A DNA stretch of 64,000 bases from Octopus vulgaris. Its lineage: Eukaryota. How positions within the stretch are numbered: the stretch's first letter is position 1; each line of letters opens with the position of its first letter. The notes under the pieces were generated by a model. The model ran no database searches, was not told the origin of the DNA, and saw only the letters and a list, made by a program, of their open reading frames with translations. Both the position numbers and the translations under genes were made by a program. Shown here piece after piece: positions 39,787 through 54,257 of this stretch. The stretch covers positions 70,804,001 through 70,868,000 of the forward strand of contig OX597819.1 of NCBI GenBank assembly GCA_951406725.2, in the 5' to 3' direction.

Positions 39787-40183
39787 TGAGTGCCAAAAAT
39801 GCACAGATTATGTCGGTTGACGAAATTTTGTGAGCACTGTTGTATCACATTATTTCAGCGTAGTTTGTACTTCATCAGCAGCAGGCAGATCGAAAACCCG
39901 TCAAACAGAAATTGTCCAACACCAACTAAACAGTCAGATATGTCACAAAAATATTCATTACGAAGGCTGCTTTCGTCGCTAATAGCTAACTGAATGCACA
40001 TCACTGTCTATCTAGTCAGTTTAAACTATACCGTTTTGACGGATTTTCGATCAGTCATTCGGTGGTAGGATAACTGCTGCTGCTGAAGAACAAATTACGC
40101 TGAGATCACGTGATACAACAGTCCCACTCGCTGGTGTTCATGAAATTTCGTCGGCCATTATAATCTGTGCTATTTTAACACTT
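39787..40183. mobile_element. Old fold-back element or MITE with long imperfect inverted arms
   Basis: 39787-39908 aligns to the reverse complement of 40031-40183 (GCACAGATTAT, GACGAAATTT, CTGTTGTATCAC, CAGCGTA, CAGCAGCAG, GATCGAAAA.CCGTCAAA). Confidence 0.65.
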
Positions 40184-41019
40184 AACGTCCAGCCCACTCG
40201 GTTGTAAATGAGTTCTCGCAATAGTTGGAGAGTTAACGCGCTTGTGCGCTACGGAAAATGGGTTAAGCTCCTCTGGCTTTATGAGTCCTTCGGCTGATGA
40301 TGAACGTCAGTCTTAGCTAACATATAAGCACCTTTTCCTGTTACCTCTTCCTTTGACTCTTGAAAACTTTATAACAGTATAGCCATTGGTAACCATTACA
40401 AGCCGGGTTGTTTTTTTGAGAGTGCGCGCACGCACACACACACACTCACAATGGCATGCCTAATATATGAGCCTCTTTCAATATTTCCTCGATCAGACGG
40501 TGCAGTCCAATATGTGTGTGTATACATGTGTGTTTGAACCTTATATATATATATATGTATGCACGCACGCATGCACACGCACACACGCACACACACAGAC
40601 ATATATATACACATACACACACACGTATACATGTTTATATTCTTTTACTTGTTTCAATCATTTGACTGCGGCCATGCTGGAGCACCGCCTTAAAGGATTT
40701 TAGTCGTAGTTTCAGTTTCCGTCTACCAAATCCACTTACAAGGCTTTGGTCGGTCCGAGGTGCCACGCAGTGGCGCTGAACCCGGAACCATGGGGTTGGG
40801 AAGCAAGCGTCTTACCACACAGCCACTCCTATATATATATATATATACCCTGTAGAGTTCCTCCTAGAAGTTTGTCTTTTAGGGACAGCAAAGATTATCA
40901 GGAGGTTTCTAAGCACTTGAAAGACTACTGAAAACTTATGGATATCTAAGGTTACAGGTAGTAAACCCGTAACCCACATAAATCCTATCAGGAATAAAAC
41001 CGAACCTGAGTCAAACCAA

Positions 41020-41020
<1 letters not shown>

Positions 41021-41103
<83 letters not shown>

Positions 41104-41106
41104 TAC

Positions 41107-41160
<54 letters not shown>

Positions 41161-41175
41161 TGTTATTATTATTAT
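41021..41175. repeat. (AAT)n immediately followed by (ATT)n, a self-complementary microsatellite
   Basis: Seen directly. Confidence 0.9.
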
Positions 41176-41189
41176 ATGAGTAAATATCT

Positions 41190-41860
41190 CTGATGTGCCG
41201 CATCTGAAATAGAGTGGATGAAACCATTGCCCATATCACGAACGAATGCCCTAGATGTACCCAAAACCACTACAAGTTTGTGGCGACACGACCAGATAGC
41301 GAAAGTGCTACATTGGAAACTGTGTGAAAAGTGGGGGCTAGAGAGAGGTAAAACGTGGTATGTGCACAAACCGCAGAGAGTGACAGAGTTGGAGTCTAGA
41401 AAAATCCTCTGAGATTTCCCAGTCCAAACAAATCAAGTGCTAGAGCAGAAAAGACCGGACCTAGTGTTTGTGGACATGGTGCATCACATATACTATGTAG
41501 TTGACTTCGCATGCCCCTTTGACCCACGAATAGTCAAGAAGGAAGGTGAAAAGTTAAATAGATACAACCCCGTAAAGTACGAAGTAACGCGGCTATGGAA
41601 AATGAAGGTGAAGATAGTGACAATTATTGTTGGGTCCTTGGAAACAGTATCAGAAGGCATCAAGAGGAATATAAAGGAAATTGGAATAGAGTGCCCAGTA
41701 GAACTGTTACAAAAGTTTTGCTTCCTTGGCACGGCCACAATAATCTGGAAAGTATTAGATAGCTGAATAGAATGAATAGAATGGTACTGTATGCTGCAGG
41801 TAGTAAACCTGCTATGCATGCAAGACTCCAGAAGTTCCAACGAAACCTGAGATAAAGAGA
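41190..41860 (+). mobile_element. 5'-truncated R4/Dong-type LINE (restriction-like endonuclease domain)
   Basis: ETIAHITNEC, RHDQIAKVLHWKLC, WYVHKP, KIL*DFPVQT, KRPDLVFVD, VVDFACPFD, EGEKLNRY, IIVGSLETV. It has an (AAT)n tail. Confidence 0.85.
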
Positions 41861-41920
41861 AAATAATAATAATAACAACAACAACAGCAACAACAATAAT
41901 AATTATAATAATAATAATAA

Positions 41921-42320
41921 TGGTTTCAAATTTTGCCACAAGGGCAGTAATTTTGGGGGAGGAGATGAGTCGATTACATCGACTCCAGTGTTTAACTGGT
42001 ACTTATTTTATGGACCGCTGAAAGGATGAAAAGCAAAGTCGACCTCGGCGGAATTTGAACTCAGAAGGTAAAGACGGACGAAATACCTATTTCTTTGCTG
42101 CCCACAAAGGGCTAAACACAGAGGAGACAAACAAGTACAGACAAACGGATAAAGTCGATTATATCGACCCCAGTGAGTAACTGGTACTTAATTTATCGAC
42201 CCCGAAAGGCTGAAAGGCAAAGTCGATCTCGGCGGAATTTGAACTCAGATTGTAACGGCAGACGAAATACGGCTACGCATTTCGCCCGGCATGCTGACGT
42301 TTCTGCCAGCTTGCCGCCTT
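41921..42320 (-). mobile_element. Dimeric family B SINE
   Basis: Two Meta-like domains in tandem with two different tails. Confidence 0.8.
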
Positions 42321-42358
42321 AACAACTTCTACAACAACAACAGCAGCAGCAGCAACAA

Positions 42359-42414
<56 letters not shown>

Positions 42415-42439
42415 GCAGCAGCAGCAGCAATGATAATAA

Positions 42440-42775
42440 AGCCAGTATAGATCCCAGAGTATAGCAAAGCGATCTGAAACTGGAATAAACCAATACACAG
42501 ATGTAGGAAGATCAAGGTTAATCAGCCGGATATTGCTGTCAAGGACTGCTGGGAAAGGAAGTGTTTCCTTGTCGATGTATCAACATCAACAGACGACGAT
42601 ATAGCTGTAAAAGAAATGTAGAAATTATCAAAATATCTGGAAATCGAGAAAACGAGAATGTGAGGTGGGGGATGCTGAAAACTGAAACAACCGCCATTGT
42701 ATACTAGTAGGTACCTTGGGAATGATTTGTAATGCATAATGTACAGAAGACAGCGCTTTTAAGCACAGCACAAAC
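42440..42775 (+). mobile_element. Decayed R4-type endonuclease fragment
   Basis: RKIKVNQPDIAVKD, KCFLVDVS, KLSKY, VGTLGMI, VQKTALLSTA. Confidence 0.6.
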
Positions 42776-43729
42776 ATGTTCTACAACATATGGCGTACAT
42801 TACTACTGTCTATAGCACTGATGGAGAAACTGCGGCCCACTGGTGCTTCGGAATGGCCCACCAGCGAAAAATTACTTTGAAGATTTTTAGTTATGCAATC
42901 CGCCTGATGATGAGTCAGATTTCATGCGGCCCATTTCTCGTAAAAAGTTTTCCATGTTTGGTCTCTACAATAGAAAGTAATACACCAAAAAAGAAAGCTG
43001 CACACACACACACGAGGAAAATTGAAGGAAATGATAGATCTTTTCGGTTTCAAATTCTAGAACCGATACTTTTGAAAAGTTTCCACACAGGCTAACTACT
43101 AATAGCACAGATTATAATGGCCGACGAAATTTCGGGCTAACTACGAAAATCATACCTTTGGTGGTGGTGGAATTAAAAATAAAGCAGTTAGAGACCTTTA
43201 AAAATTGTTGTTGTTGTTTTTTTTTAAATTTCAACCAATCAGATACAGCCATTTTCGACACTCCGAAAGTCGGAACAGCCATGTTCACTTCCCATATACT
43301 TTTGTCTCATTTTCTTTCATTAAATGTTTTTGTGTAATTTTTAAAATTTATTTAAAACAAGGAATAATGAAAAATAAAAGAAACTGCAACAAAAACACCT
43401 AAAAACAAAACTGGCAAGTCATCATTTTGTAAAAGCACCCACAAATTCGATGAAACTTAAATTGTAATTACTGTATGTATGCGATATTAACTGATATTGG
43501 TGGCAAAAATATATTTCCAAAGACACCCGTCATGTGAGGGATAATATATTAGTATTATAATACAACACAATGTAAATACAATACAGTTTCTTTTTTCTTA
43601 GACAACACATCGATAATCCATTAAAAGTTTTCCATTAACACACTTTCTACTAATCAATACCGACCAAAACAAAGGTTACAACAAACAGTGTTTTTCTAAT
43701 CAAAATATTTCTAAAACATGGATTAGGAA

Positions 43730-43761
<32 letters not shown>

Positions 43762-44073
43762 AGAGAGAGGGAGAGAGAGAGAGAGATGGGGAGAGAGAGA
43801 CAGAGAGAGAGAGAGAAGGTCATTCACCCACACAACCTTTTTCCATGGTATAGATAAAGAGGTTAGACTAAAAAAAGAGAGTGAATCGTCTCTTTATACC
43901 GACACTCTAGACAAATATCGAAGGATCGCCTATATATTGTACATATACATGTGTACAAACAACCATCCATCCATTCATCCATCCATCCGTCCATCCATCC
44001 ATCCATCCATCCATCCATCCATCCATCCATACATACATACATACATATACACACACACTCATTTGTATTTATT

Positions 44074-44159
<86 letters not shown>

Positions 44160-45404
44160 CAGACAGATATACACAAACATATATACATAATACATGTTTT
44201 ATATATATACGTGTATAGATACACACATTCATATAGATACACAGATTATACATGTGTGTGTGTGTGTGTATGAATGCATGTATGTATACACATATACACA
44301 TATAAATATACACATATACACGCACAGATGTGTGTGTGTGTGTGGCATATATATAGTCATTATTCTAACCTTGCTTATTCTGACAACGAGCAAAAGATTC
44401 TCTTTGCGGCCTTCGTCTTCCATTAAAATTCCATTCACATCCAGGACGCTTTATATGAATATTGATTTCTGATATTGGCACAAGGCCACAGAGTTAGCGG
44501 GAGTGTAGTACTATATATTATCGATCAAATTGATCCAGCACTTATTGATGTTCTATTATATTGATCTCGAATGGATGAAAAGGAAGTTGACTTCTGTGAG
44601 ACGAACTCCAGACGTAATGGATCGCAATTAAATAGAGCAAGCAGTGTGGTAGACGCGCATTAAGTACAGCCTCGTGCAGTGGCTCTTAGACCATTTTTTA
44701 ATCTACGGAGAATGATTTTGACAACCAAATTTTATATAGACTCCACCCCCAAGGTTCAGATGGAACCTGGCTGGGAACCACTGGCCTAGTACAGCTCACC
44801 TTGACCTTGTTGTTACGTTAACAAACTCACTCTACCAAGTAAACTCAAGACGAAGAACGGTGTTGTAAGTCGACCGATCGCCAAGTTATGCCTGATTTTA
44901 GGAGACAATTAGATAGATTTGCATCTACACTTATTATCGGATTTTGATAGGGCCCATATAGTAAAGATGTGGATAGGAAAAATGTGGGTAGAGGGTGATG
45001 TGCTAGCAACCCTCTCCCCTTACTGTTTTACAAAGTAAACAGCAACACAAATAATTACACAGAGGCAGCCATGATTGAAACAAGAACAAGAACAACAACC
45101 ATTCTTAAAAGAGAAAAGAAACATGGTCATTCCTTGTCCAAGTGACCTTATCTTATCGCCCATCACTTGTTATGCGCTCATAAATTAGTTTGATAGTTGA
45201 GCTCTGGTTGGCTGTATGCAAATGAGTTCGTAACTGGGGTCCGGAACTATCGTGGGAGAAAAAAATTAGATTTGTTTGATCAGGACCGATTGAGGACAAC
45301 AACGACAGCAATATAGAGCTATGTGATTATGAGACGTTGACAAAATGAACTTGAAAAACGTACAAACTCTCTATAGCTGGGAAGCGATACGGCTGTCAAG
45401 AATC

Positions 45405-45797
45405 GACGAGCTGGCAGAAACGTTAGCACGCCGGGCGAAATGCTTAGCGGTATTTCGTCTGCCGCTACGTTCTGAGTTCAAATTCCGCCGAGGTCGACTT
45501 TGCCTTTCATCCTTTCGCGATCGATTAAATAAGTACCAGTTACGCACTGGGGTCGATATAATCGGCTTAATCCGTTTGTCTGTCCTTGTTTGTCCTATCT
45601 GTGTTTAGCCCCTTGTGGGTAGTAAAGAAATAGGTATTTCGTCTGCCGTTACGTTGTGAGTTCAAATTCTGCCGAGGTCGACTTTACCTTTCAGCCTTTC
45701 GGGGTCGATGAATTAAGTACTAGTTGCATACTGGGGCCGATGTAATCGACTGGCACCCTCCTCAGAAATTTCGGGCCTTGTGCCTAGAGTAGAAAAG
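45405..45797 (+). mobile_element. Dimeric family B SINE
   Basis: Head GAGCTGGCAGAAACGTTAGCACGCCGGGCG, two Meta-like domains, tail CCTTGTGCCTAGAGTAGAAA. Confidence 0.85.
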
Positions 45798-46376
45798 AAT
45801 ATGGCTGTTCAAAAATGTTGCTCGGCAATCGCGATGTCACGAGTTCAAACTCACTACATGGCAACTTAGGCAAATGTCATTTCCTGTATCGTCGAGTTGA
45901 TCAATACATTATGAGTGAAATCGGGTGAATAGACACTATAGAATCCTATCGGGTATATTAGTACCTGCATTTCAGAAGATACACCCTTGTCACTCACACT
46001 ACGATATGTGTGTCGCGTGTGTCAAGGTGTCACGGTGGAACACCGATTCTGTCTGAAAAATACATTATGGGCATACGACTCTGTGGAGTACTCAGTCACA
46101 TATATGCTATTTCAGGAGCAGGTAATTCAGTCTGATCGAACAACTGAATCCTCATTGTACAACAAGAAAAATCCACCACCATGTTTCCAATTAAGAACTG
46201 CTCGTTCATCTCTTTTATTACTCCTTTAAAATCTTGACGGTATTCTTCTTATCATTTATATATTTCGTAATAATTATTGAAACTTTTCAAGCATTTTTTT
46301 TTCGTTTTGAAATAAAAATATAAGCCGAAGACGGTGTTATATTCCATTCCAATTTATGCCAACTGCCTAAATTATA

Positions 46377-46610
46377 TATTTCTTTACTGCCCACAAGGGG
46401 CTAAACTTAGAGGGGGCAAACAAGGACAGACAAAGGGATTAAGTCAATTACATCGACCCCAGTGCGAAACTGGTACTTAATTTATCGACCCCGAAAGGAT
46501 GAAAGGCAAAGTCGATCTCGGCGGAATTTGAACTCAGAACGTAATGGCAGACGAATTACCGCTAAGCATTTCGTCCGGCGCGCTAACATGTCTGCCAGCT
46601 CGCCGCCTTT
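46377..46610 (-). mobile_element. Family B SINE monomer
   Basis: Flanked by an imperfect TSD ACTGCCTAAATTATA / ACCGCCAAAATTATA. Confidence 0.8.
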
Positions 46611-47639
46611 ACCGCCAAAATTATAACGTACAGCAGAAATACCTTCCATATTTAACACAACTATTAATGTGGTGCTAGAAGAGTTAGCCCGTTAGCAATG
46701 GTATTTTCCCATAGCTAATGTTTTGATATTAAAAAAAAAATTATAATGATGGTTTAGATTAAAAATAAAACTTCGTTTGCAATTGGGATGTTTGTCAAAA
46801 GTAGTGATTCTGAAGGTTTTTTTGTCGCACTCTGTATATTTTATGAGATTCATACTGTCAGTAATAATAAATGATTTCAGTGGCATGGCATATGGTTGAG
46901 CCTGAGGCGGTAATTTATTGCCAACTGTATGTTGTCCATTCTTAATATAAAAATTAAAAAATAAGTTATGGAAAATGTGGGAAGAGTCGACTATTTAGGT
47001 ACTTATATCTGGGGGGAAATCCCCACCCGCTGTACCTATATTATATGAATGTATATCCTCAGACGTACTCTTAAATACATACATACATGCATACATACAT
47101 ATGTATATGCATTTATTATACACACACACACACATACACACACACACAGAGTTTTTTGTAGGTTTGACAAATGCTAATTTCACTAACTTCTGTCGTATTT
47201 TTCAGCTGAAAAAATTCCTTCCACCCGTTTGTAAAACAGAACGTATTTAAGACATACATAATACATAAATATAAATATACATACATACATACATACATAC
47301 ATACATACATACATACATACATACATACATACATACATACATACATAATTCTGTTATGTGAAACAGAAATAATGTATTAAAATAGCGATATGTGTATCAT
47401 ACATAATGTAGATACATCGCAAAAGCAAATTAACTCCGATTTTCGTCCGGTGATAATATCTCTTAGGGACGTACTGCGTTAAATAGCACAAATATATCAG
47501 AAGCGGACATACATCGTCTGACAGCGGCGATGAGTATGCTAAATGTACACTTTTGGACTTTGTCTGTAGCATGTCCTCCTGTTCAGAGCATTTACTCGCC
47601 TTCTCCAAACCAGTCTTGTTAAATAGTTCCCAACGAACA

Positions 47640-48900
47640 ATTCTGCTGTCTTCTTTTGTATTCTCTCCGAGCCAATTTACTGGAACCGCTTAAAATATGT
47701 CTCATTGTGTCTCCAGTTTCATCGCACATTCTATATTTGTCACATTCTGCTTGATGTAGTTAGTACTCAGCGCTTGTTCCTGTGCAAGGACTCTGTTTCA
47801 GATTTGAGGTAAGTTTCTTCCTAGTCGCATCCATCGTTTATCTGGGTCTGTGTTCCTTGGTATTTCTCTCAAGAATTGGCCGTGCATCTTCTTATACTCC
47901 CAGATGTTTTTTCTTCTTTGTTTTCTGTCTTTATTTTGCATTTCATCTGATCCTGGCCGCTTTCTGTATGTTATAAACCTGCTTTCTTTACTTGGTCAAT
48001 TACTGCTTACTGTGCATTATTTATACCCAAAGCAATATCACTTTTCTCCGACTGAATACAGCACTCACAACTTCGCACCTTTGGGCTCATGTGGTAAGAT
48101 GTCATTCTGGTTCATGAACACGTACATTTCATCTGCCAAGTTTTTCCTGTTAACAGCTTCCAATTGATGGGCAGATAGGATATTGGTCTGAAGTCGTCAG
48201 CAGCATTTCCTTTCTGGTACAATATTGTTCGACCTCGGTCAAGAACCGATAATTTCTGTGTGCTTTTCAAGTAATGTGCTTAATTGTTCTACTATCTTTT
48301 CGTGGCTGGCATTCAATAAGTTTCTTCACCCAGTACCCCTTCACTCCATCAGAGCCTGCCGTTCTCTAGTTACTTATCTCCCTATTTACACGTTGAACAT
48401 CCTCCTTGCTTATCTTAACATCATCTTGCAGACGATTTACATTAGTTTCTTTCAGGTTACGCAGCCACTCTGCGTTAGTGTTATGTGTTTCCTTCCCCCG
48501 GCTCATATCTTTTCCCAAAATCTTTGACTCACCTCAGCATTTGGGGGTACATGAATCTTCATGTTTCCTTATTTCTTGATAAAATCTGCTTTAGTCTACT
48601 TTGAAGAGTCAGTTTTGTCTGTACTGTTTGATTCTCTGATCATATTGAAAGATTTTTGCCTTCTGGACTTGCACACGGTGTGTTGATTCCTCTTGTACGA
48701 TCGTTAACCCTTTAAAATGAACACCATACTTTTGTTTCAGCATGTCATATTACCGATAATTCCGCTGTTATCATTTCGTTCCTGCACTGTCAGATCACTC
48801 TCTGTTCTTTTTTATGTTTCTAAAGATCTTTCTTTTCAACCATGGTTCATTATTTATACTTTTCTCTCGTTAATTTACTCCCACTAAATAGTTGACATCT
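47640..48900 (-). mobile_element. Heavily decayed R4/Dong-like LINE
   Basis: Minus-strand peptide fragments YWVKKL, WKLLTG, AQEQALSTNY and ECDKYRMCDETGDTMRHILSG. Boundaries are approximate. Confidence 0.5.
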
Positions 48901-50028
48901 TACATCAAACCCTGTATTTTCTGTCACTTATTTTACTACCTTCATTAGTCTATTAGCGTCAGTGATATTGTTTGTGTGTACATATTTTTACGATCCTATT
49001 TACTTTTCCTCTTTGCTGTATCAGCTTCTATTAGTTCACTTTCTAAAAGTCACATATCGCTCTAAAATTCCCCCAATAGCTTCAACTCTACAATTCCTTC
49101 TTCTTTTTTTTTCTTTCAGCTCTGTCAGTTATCGTGACCCTACTCACGATACAACCCCTAATAAAAGATTTACCTTATCCTAAAATTAAATTATTTTATA
49201 ATCGGCATGATCACCACGACCCAACTCTTATCTGGAAATATCAGACTAACACTTCTGTAAAAAAGTAATTAATTTCATTTTCACTCATTTGGTTCATAAT
49301 TACCAAAATTATTTTAACCCACTTCCAACCGCTCTGTCTGTATATCTCTCCATCCTCTCTCTTTCCATCCGTCTGTCTATCTGTCCATCCGTCTGTCTAT
49401 CTGTCACTCTGTCAGTCTGTTTGTCTGTTTGTCACTCTGTCAGTCTGTCAATCTATCCGTCAGTCTGAGTTCCTACCTGTCTACCTTCCCGTCTGTCTAT
49501 CTGACTGTCTGTCTGTCTGTCATCCCATCTGTTTATCCCCACCACCATCGCCACCACCTCCAACAGCCTTTCATTCTTTTGTATTATTTCCTATAATATC
49601 TTCCCTGCTTATTTATCTCTTTCATCTTCCACCTCATCCGTCCACTTCCCTTTCTCCACCACTCTCTCTCTCTCTCTCTCTCTCTCTCACCGCCACCACA
49701 ACCACCACCATCACCTCTTTCCACCACCCACTCCACCCACGTACTTCCCTTCACTCACACCCTAACCTTAACATTCCCTCCTCCCTACGTTCTTTTCTTC
49801 ATCCTTTCTCTCTGATCCTTCCACCACTACCACCGCCCTCGCCGGCACCACCACCACCACCACCACCACCACCAGTATCTGTTCTTTATTTTGCCTAAAA
49901 CTCAGGTTCTAATCATTTTTCCGACATATCTTCCTAGTTCTTTAACACACACACGTGTGTGTGTGCCCGTGTGTGAATATTGCACCCCTGACCCCACACA
50001 CTAATTTACAAAGGTACAAGTACATATA

Positions 50029-50103
<75 letters not shown>

Positions 50104-50164
50104 ATATATATATATGTAAATATATATATATGTATGCATGTATGTATGTATGTATGTATGTATG

Positions 50165-50230
<66 letters not shown>

Positions 50231-50243
50231 AGTGTGTGCGTGC

Positions 50244-50338
<95 letters not shown>

Positions 50339-50439
50339 GGGTGGATGAGAAAGAAAGACAGAGAGGGATAGAGAGAGAAAGATGAGGTAGATATGTATTA
50401 GTTATGACAAGTATGTGTGCATATCCATGTGTGTATATA

Positions 50440-50477
<38 letters not shown>

Positions 50478-50551
50478 TACATGCGCATGTATGTGTATTT
50501 TTGTATATTATATCATATATGTGTGTATGAACTCCATCTTTTAATTCCAAA

Positions 50552-50589
<38 letters not shown>

Positions 50590-50920
50590 TTCCTCTATTC
50601 CTCCTCCTCTCTTCTTCCCTATCACCGCTTCCCATTCTCTCTCTCTCTCTCACACACTCACTCACCCTGCTCCTCCGTCTCTCACTCGTTTCCAGACAGC
50701 GAGAGGAAAGTCTTCCTCTGTCAAAACAACTTCGCAAATTCTTTGCAATCTTTCGCATCTCTTCATAGAACTATTTCGACGTTATTGTGTGGAATTCTTC
50801 CTTTTATTGAGTTATTTTGTTGTTTTACAATATACTTTTTCTCTTTTTTTTTCCATATTTCTTGCATGTGTATGTGTGAGTGTGGAAGAATGTATGCGCG
50901 TGTGTGTGTATTTGTGTGTA

Positions 50921-50992
<72 letters not shown>

Positions 50993-51136
50993 TGTGTGTG
51001 TGTGTGAATATGCGTGTGCGATTATTCCAATATTCGGTATGAGAAAGGGATCTAAAGAATTTTATTGTTCAGAATATAATTCTTAATTCATCTCTGTATA
51101 CACACACATACATACATATATACATACATACATACA

Positions 51137-51170
<34 letters not shown>

Positions 51171-51325
51171 CATACATATACATACATACATACATACATA
51201 CATACATACATACATACATACATACATACATACGTACATACATACATACATACATACATACATGCAGGCATAAATACACACATACATACATGCATCCACG
51301 CACTCACATACATGCTTGCATAAAC

Positions 51326-51387
<62 letters not shown>

Positions 51388-51423
51388 GCATATATATACA
51401 TATACATGCATACATACACACAC

Positions 51424-51455
<32 letters not shown>

Positions 51456-51604
51456 ATGTAGTAATTTTGAATGGTGTATTCATATTGTAAATGTGTATAT
51501 AGAGCTCTATATACACTTTTACAAAATAGATACATCATTATATGTATGTGTGTATATATATATATATGTATGTATGTATGTATGTATATATATATGTATG
51601 TATG

Positions 51605-51653
<49 letters not shown>

Positions 51654-51700
51654 GCATATATACATATGCATATACATACATACATACATACATACATACA

Positions 51701-51748
<48 letters not shown>

Positions 51749-52306
51749 CATATGTGTATGTACATGTATGTATGTATGTGTTTATGTCTGTGTAGCGGAG
51801 AAAGAATATGTGTACATAATTGAACGCATATTTGTCAAGTTGTGTTCGTGTGTGTGTGTGTGTATATGAGCGCATATTTTGTAATTTGTGCGTGTATGAC
51901 CGCGTGCGAGCATGAGAGAGAAAGAGAGACAGAGAGTGAGAAGGAGAGACAGAGAGAAAGAGAGAGAAGATGCTTGGTATGCGCATGCGTATACATGTTT
52001 TTTTTTTCATTTTATTCTTGAAAACCAAACGTGAACAATTCCCGCCGCTCCTATTGTTCTTCGCCGCTCTGTTACGTAATAATAATCCATACACAGTGAG
52101 TTATGTCGACGTAAATGATAATGGAATCATCATTACGGCAAATTCATACCGACAATCTCCATTATTTCCAAAGAACAATGTCAACAACACCTTCTTTCCT
52201 TCCCTCTCTCTCTCTTTATCTATCTGCCTATCTGTCTGTTTGTCTGTCTTCTTTCTTTCTCCCCCTTTATCTATCTCTCTTGTCTTTCTGATTCTATCTT
52301 TATCTA

Positions 52307-52355
<49 letters not shown>

Positions 52356-52535
52356 AACTATCCATCTGTGTCTATGTCTGTCTGTCTGTCAGTCTTTGTC
52401 TGTTTGTCTGTCTGTCTGTCTGCCTCTCCCTCTTTGCTTGTCTCTATTTCATCACCTTCTCCCCTCGTCCGTCTCTTTGAATGTCTCTCTCTCTCTTTCT
52501 AACTATCCATCTATGTTTATGTCTGTCTGTCTGTC

Positions 52536-52582
<47 letters not shown>

Positions 52583-53248
52583 AACTATCCATCCATGTCT
52601 CTGTCTCTCTGACTCTGTATGTCTGTCTGTCTCTCCCTCTTTGCCTGTCTCTATTTCATCTTCCTCTCCCTCCGAACGTCTCTCTCTCACTCTCTCACTC
52701 TCTCTCTCTTCCTCTCTCCCTCTCTCTCTCTCCTTCTCTCTGTATCTGTCTCTCCTTGTCCCTCTCTGCCTTTCTCTCTCTTTCTCCCGTCCTCCCCTCT
52801 CTCTCTAGTACTTATTCCATCTGGCTCTTTTGCAGAGTATTTAAATCACAGGGACGTAAGCAAACCAACACCGTTTGTCGTGCGGCAGGGAGACAAGCAC
52901 ATCTATTTTCCCTTTCTTGTCTTAGTCATTGGAGTGTCGTAGCCATTGGAGTGCGACCAAGTGGGAGTGCTGCCTTGAAGAGATTACTCGAGCAAATTGA
53001 CCTCAGTATTCTACTGTAACCTTCTGCCAAACCGCTAGGTTACGGGGACGTAAACAAACCAACATCGGTTTTCAAATGATGGTATTGGGAACAAATATAA
53101 ACAAACATGGACGTACACACACACACACACACACGCACACAGGAATATGGCGTGCAGGCGTGCAAGCGCAGTTCCTAAAACTTTGTCGGGGTCAATCAAG
53201 AGGTTTTGAACGTCCCCCTAAAATCTGGGTTTGCGTCCCTTAAGCATA

Positions 53249-53522
53249 TTTTGTTCCTGCACCAATGCACTCACACACACACACATACAAACACAAAATT
53301 TCATCCCATTCACAGAGAATATTCTGATCTCAGAGGCCTACACGGATAGAGGGTCACCAGTTCTGAGAGTCCTAGGTCTCGAGATACAACTTAACTTTCT
53401 TACAATGCTGGTGTGTCTCCGTCCCCGTAACGTAGCGGTTCGACAAAAGAGACCGATAGAATAAGTACTAGTCTTACAAAGAGTAAGTTCTGGGGTCGAT
53501 TTGTTCGACGAAAAAAAAAAGG
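53249..53522 (+). repeat. Direct duplication, copy 1 (copy 2 at 55411-55674)
   Basis: Unique sequence fused to the SINE A 3' half, with the same junction and shared variants in both copies. Confidence 0.85.
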
Positions 53523-53744
53523 CGGTGCTCTAGCATGGCCGCAATCAAATGACTGAAACAAGTAAAAGAATGCTATCGGTTTTCTTTTGCCGAACTGCTA
53601 ATTTACAGGGACGTAAACATCGGTTGCCAGGGGTGATGGGAGGACAAACACAGAGACAGAGATATACACTTATACACAGTGGCTTCAAAGTATAGGAGCA
53701 CCTCGGTTTACGAATGCCTCTGATGACGAATAAATCGTGCTTTA

Positions 53745-53931
<187 letters not shown>

Positions 53932-53949
53932 CAGGATTTATTCGTGATC

Positions 53950-54255
53950 AGGCGAAATACTTAGCAGTATTTCGTCTGCCGTTACGTTCTGAGTTCAAAT
54001 TCCGCCGAGGTCGACTTTGCCTTTCATCCTTTCGGGGTCGATTAAATAAGTACCAGTTACGCACTGGGGTCGATATAATCGACTTAATCCGTTTGTCCTT
54101 GTTTGTCCTCTCTGTGTTTAGCCCCTTGTGGGTAGTAAAGAAATAGGTATTTCGTCTGTCTTTACGTTCTGAGTTCAAATTCCACCGAGGTCGACTTTAC
54201 CTTTCATCCTTTCGGGGTCGATAAATTAAGTACCAGTTGCGTACTGGTGTTGATC
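53950..54255 (+). mobile_element. Dimeric family B SINE (truncated)
   Basis: Two Meta-like domains. Confidence 0.8.
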
Positions 54256-54257
54256 TA

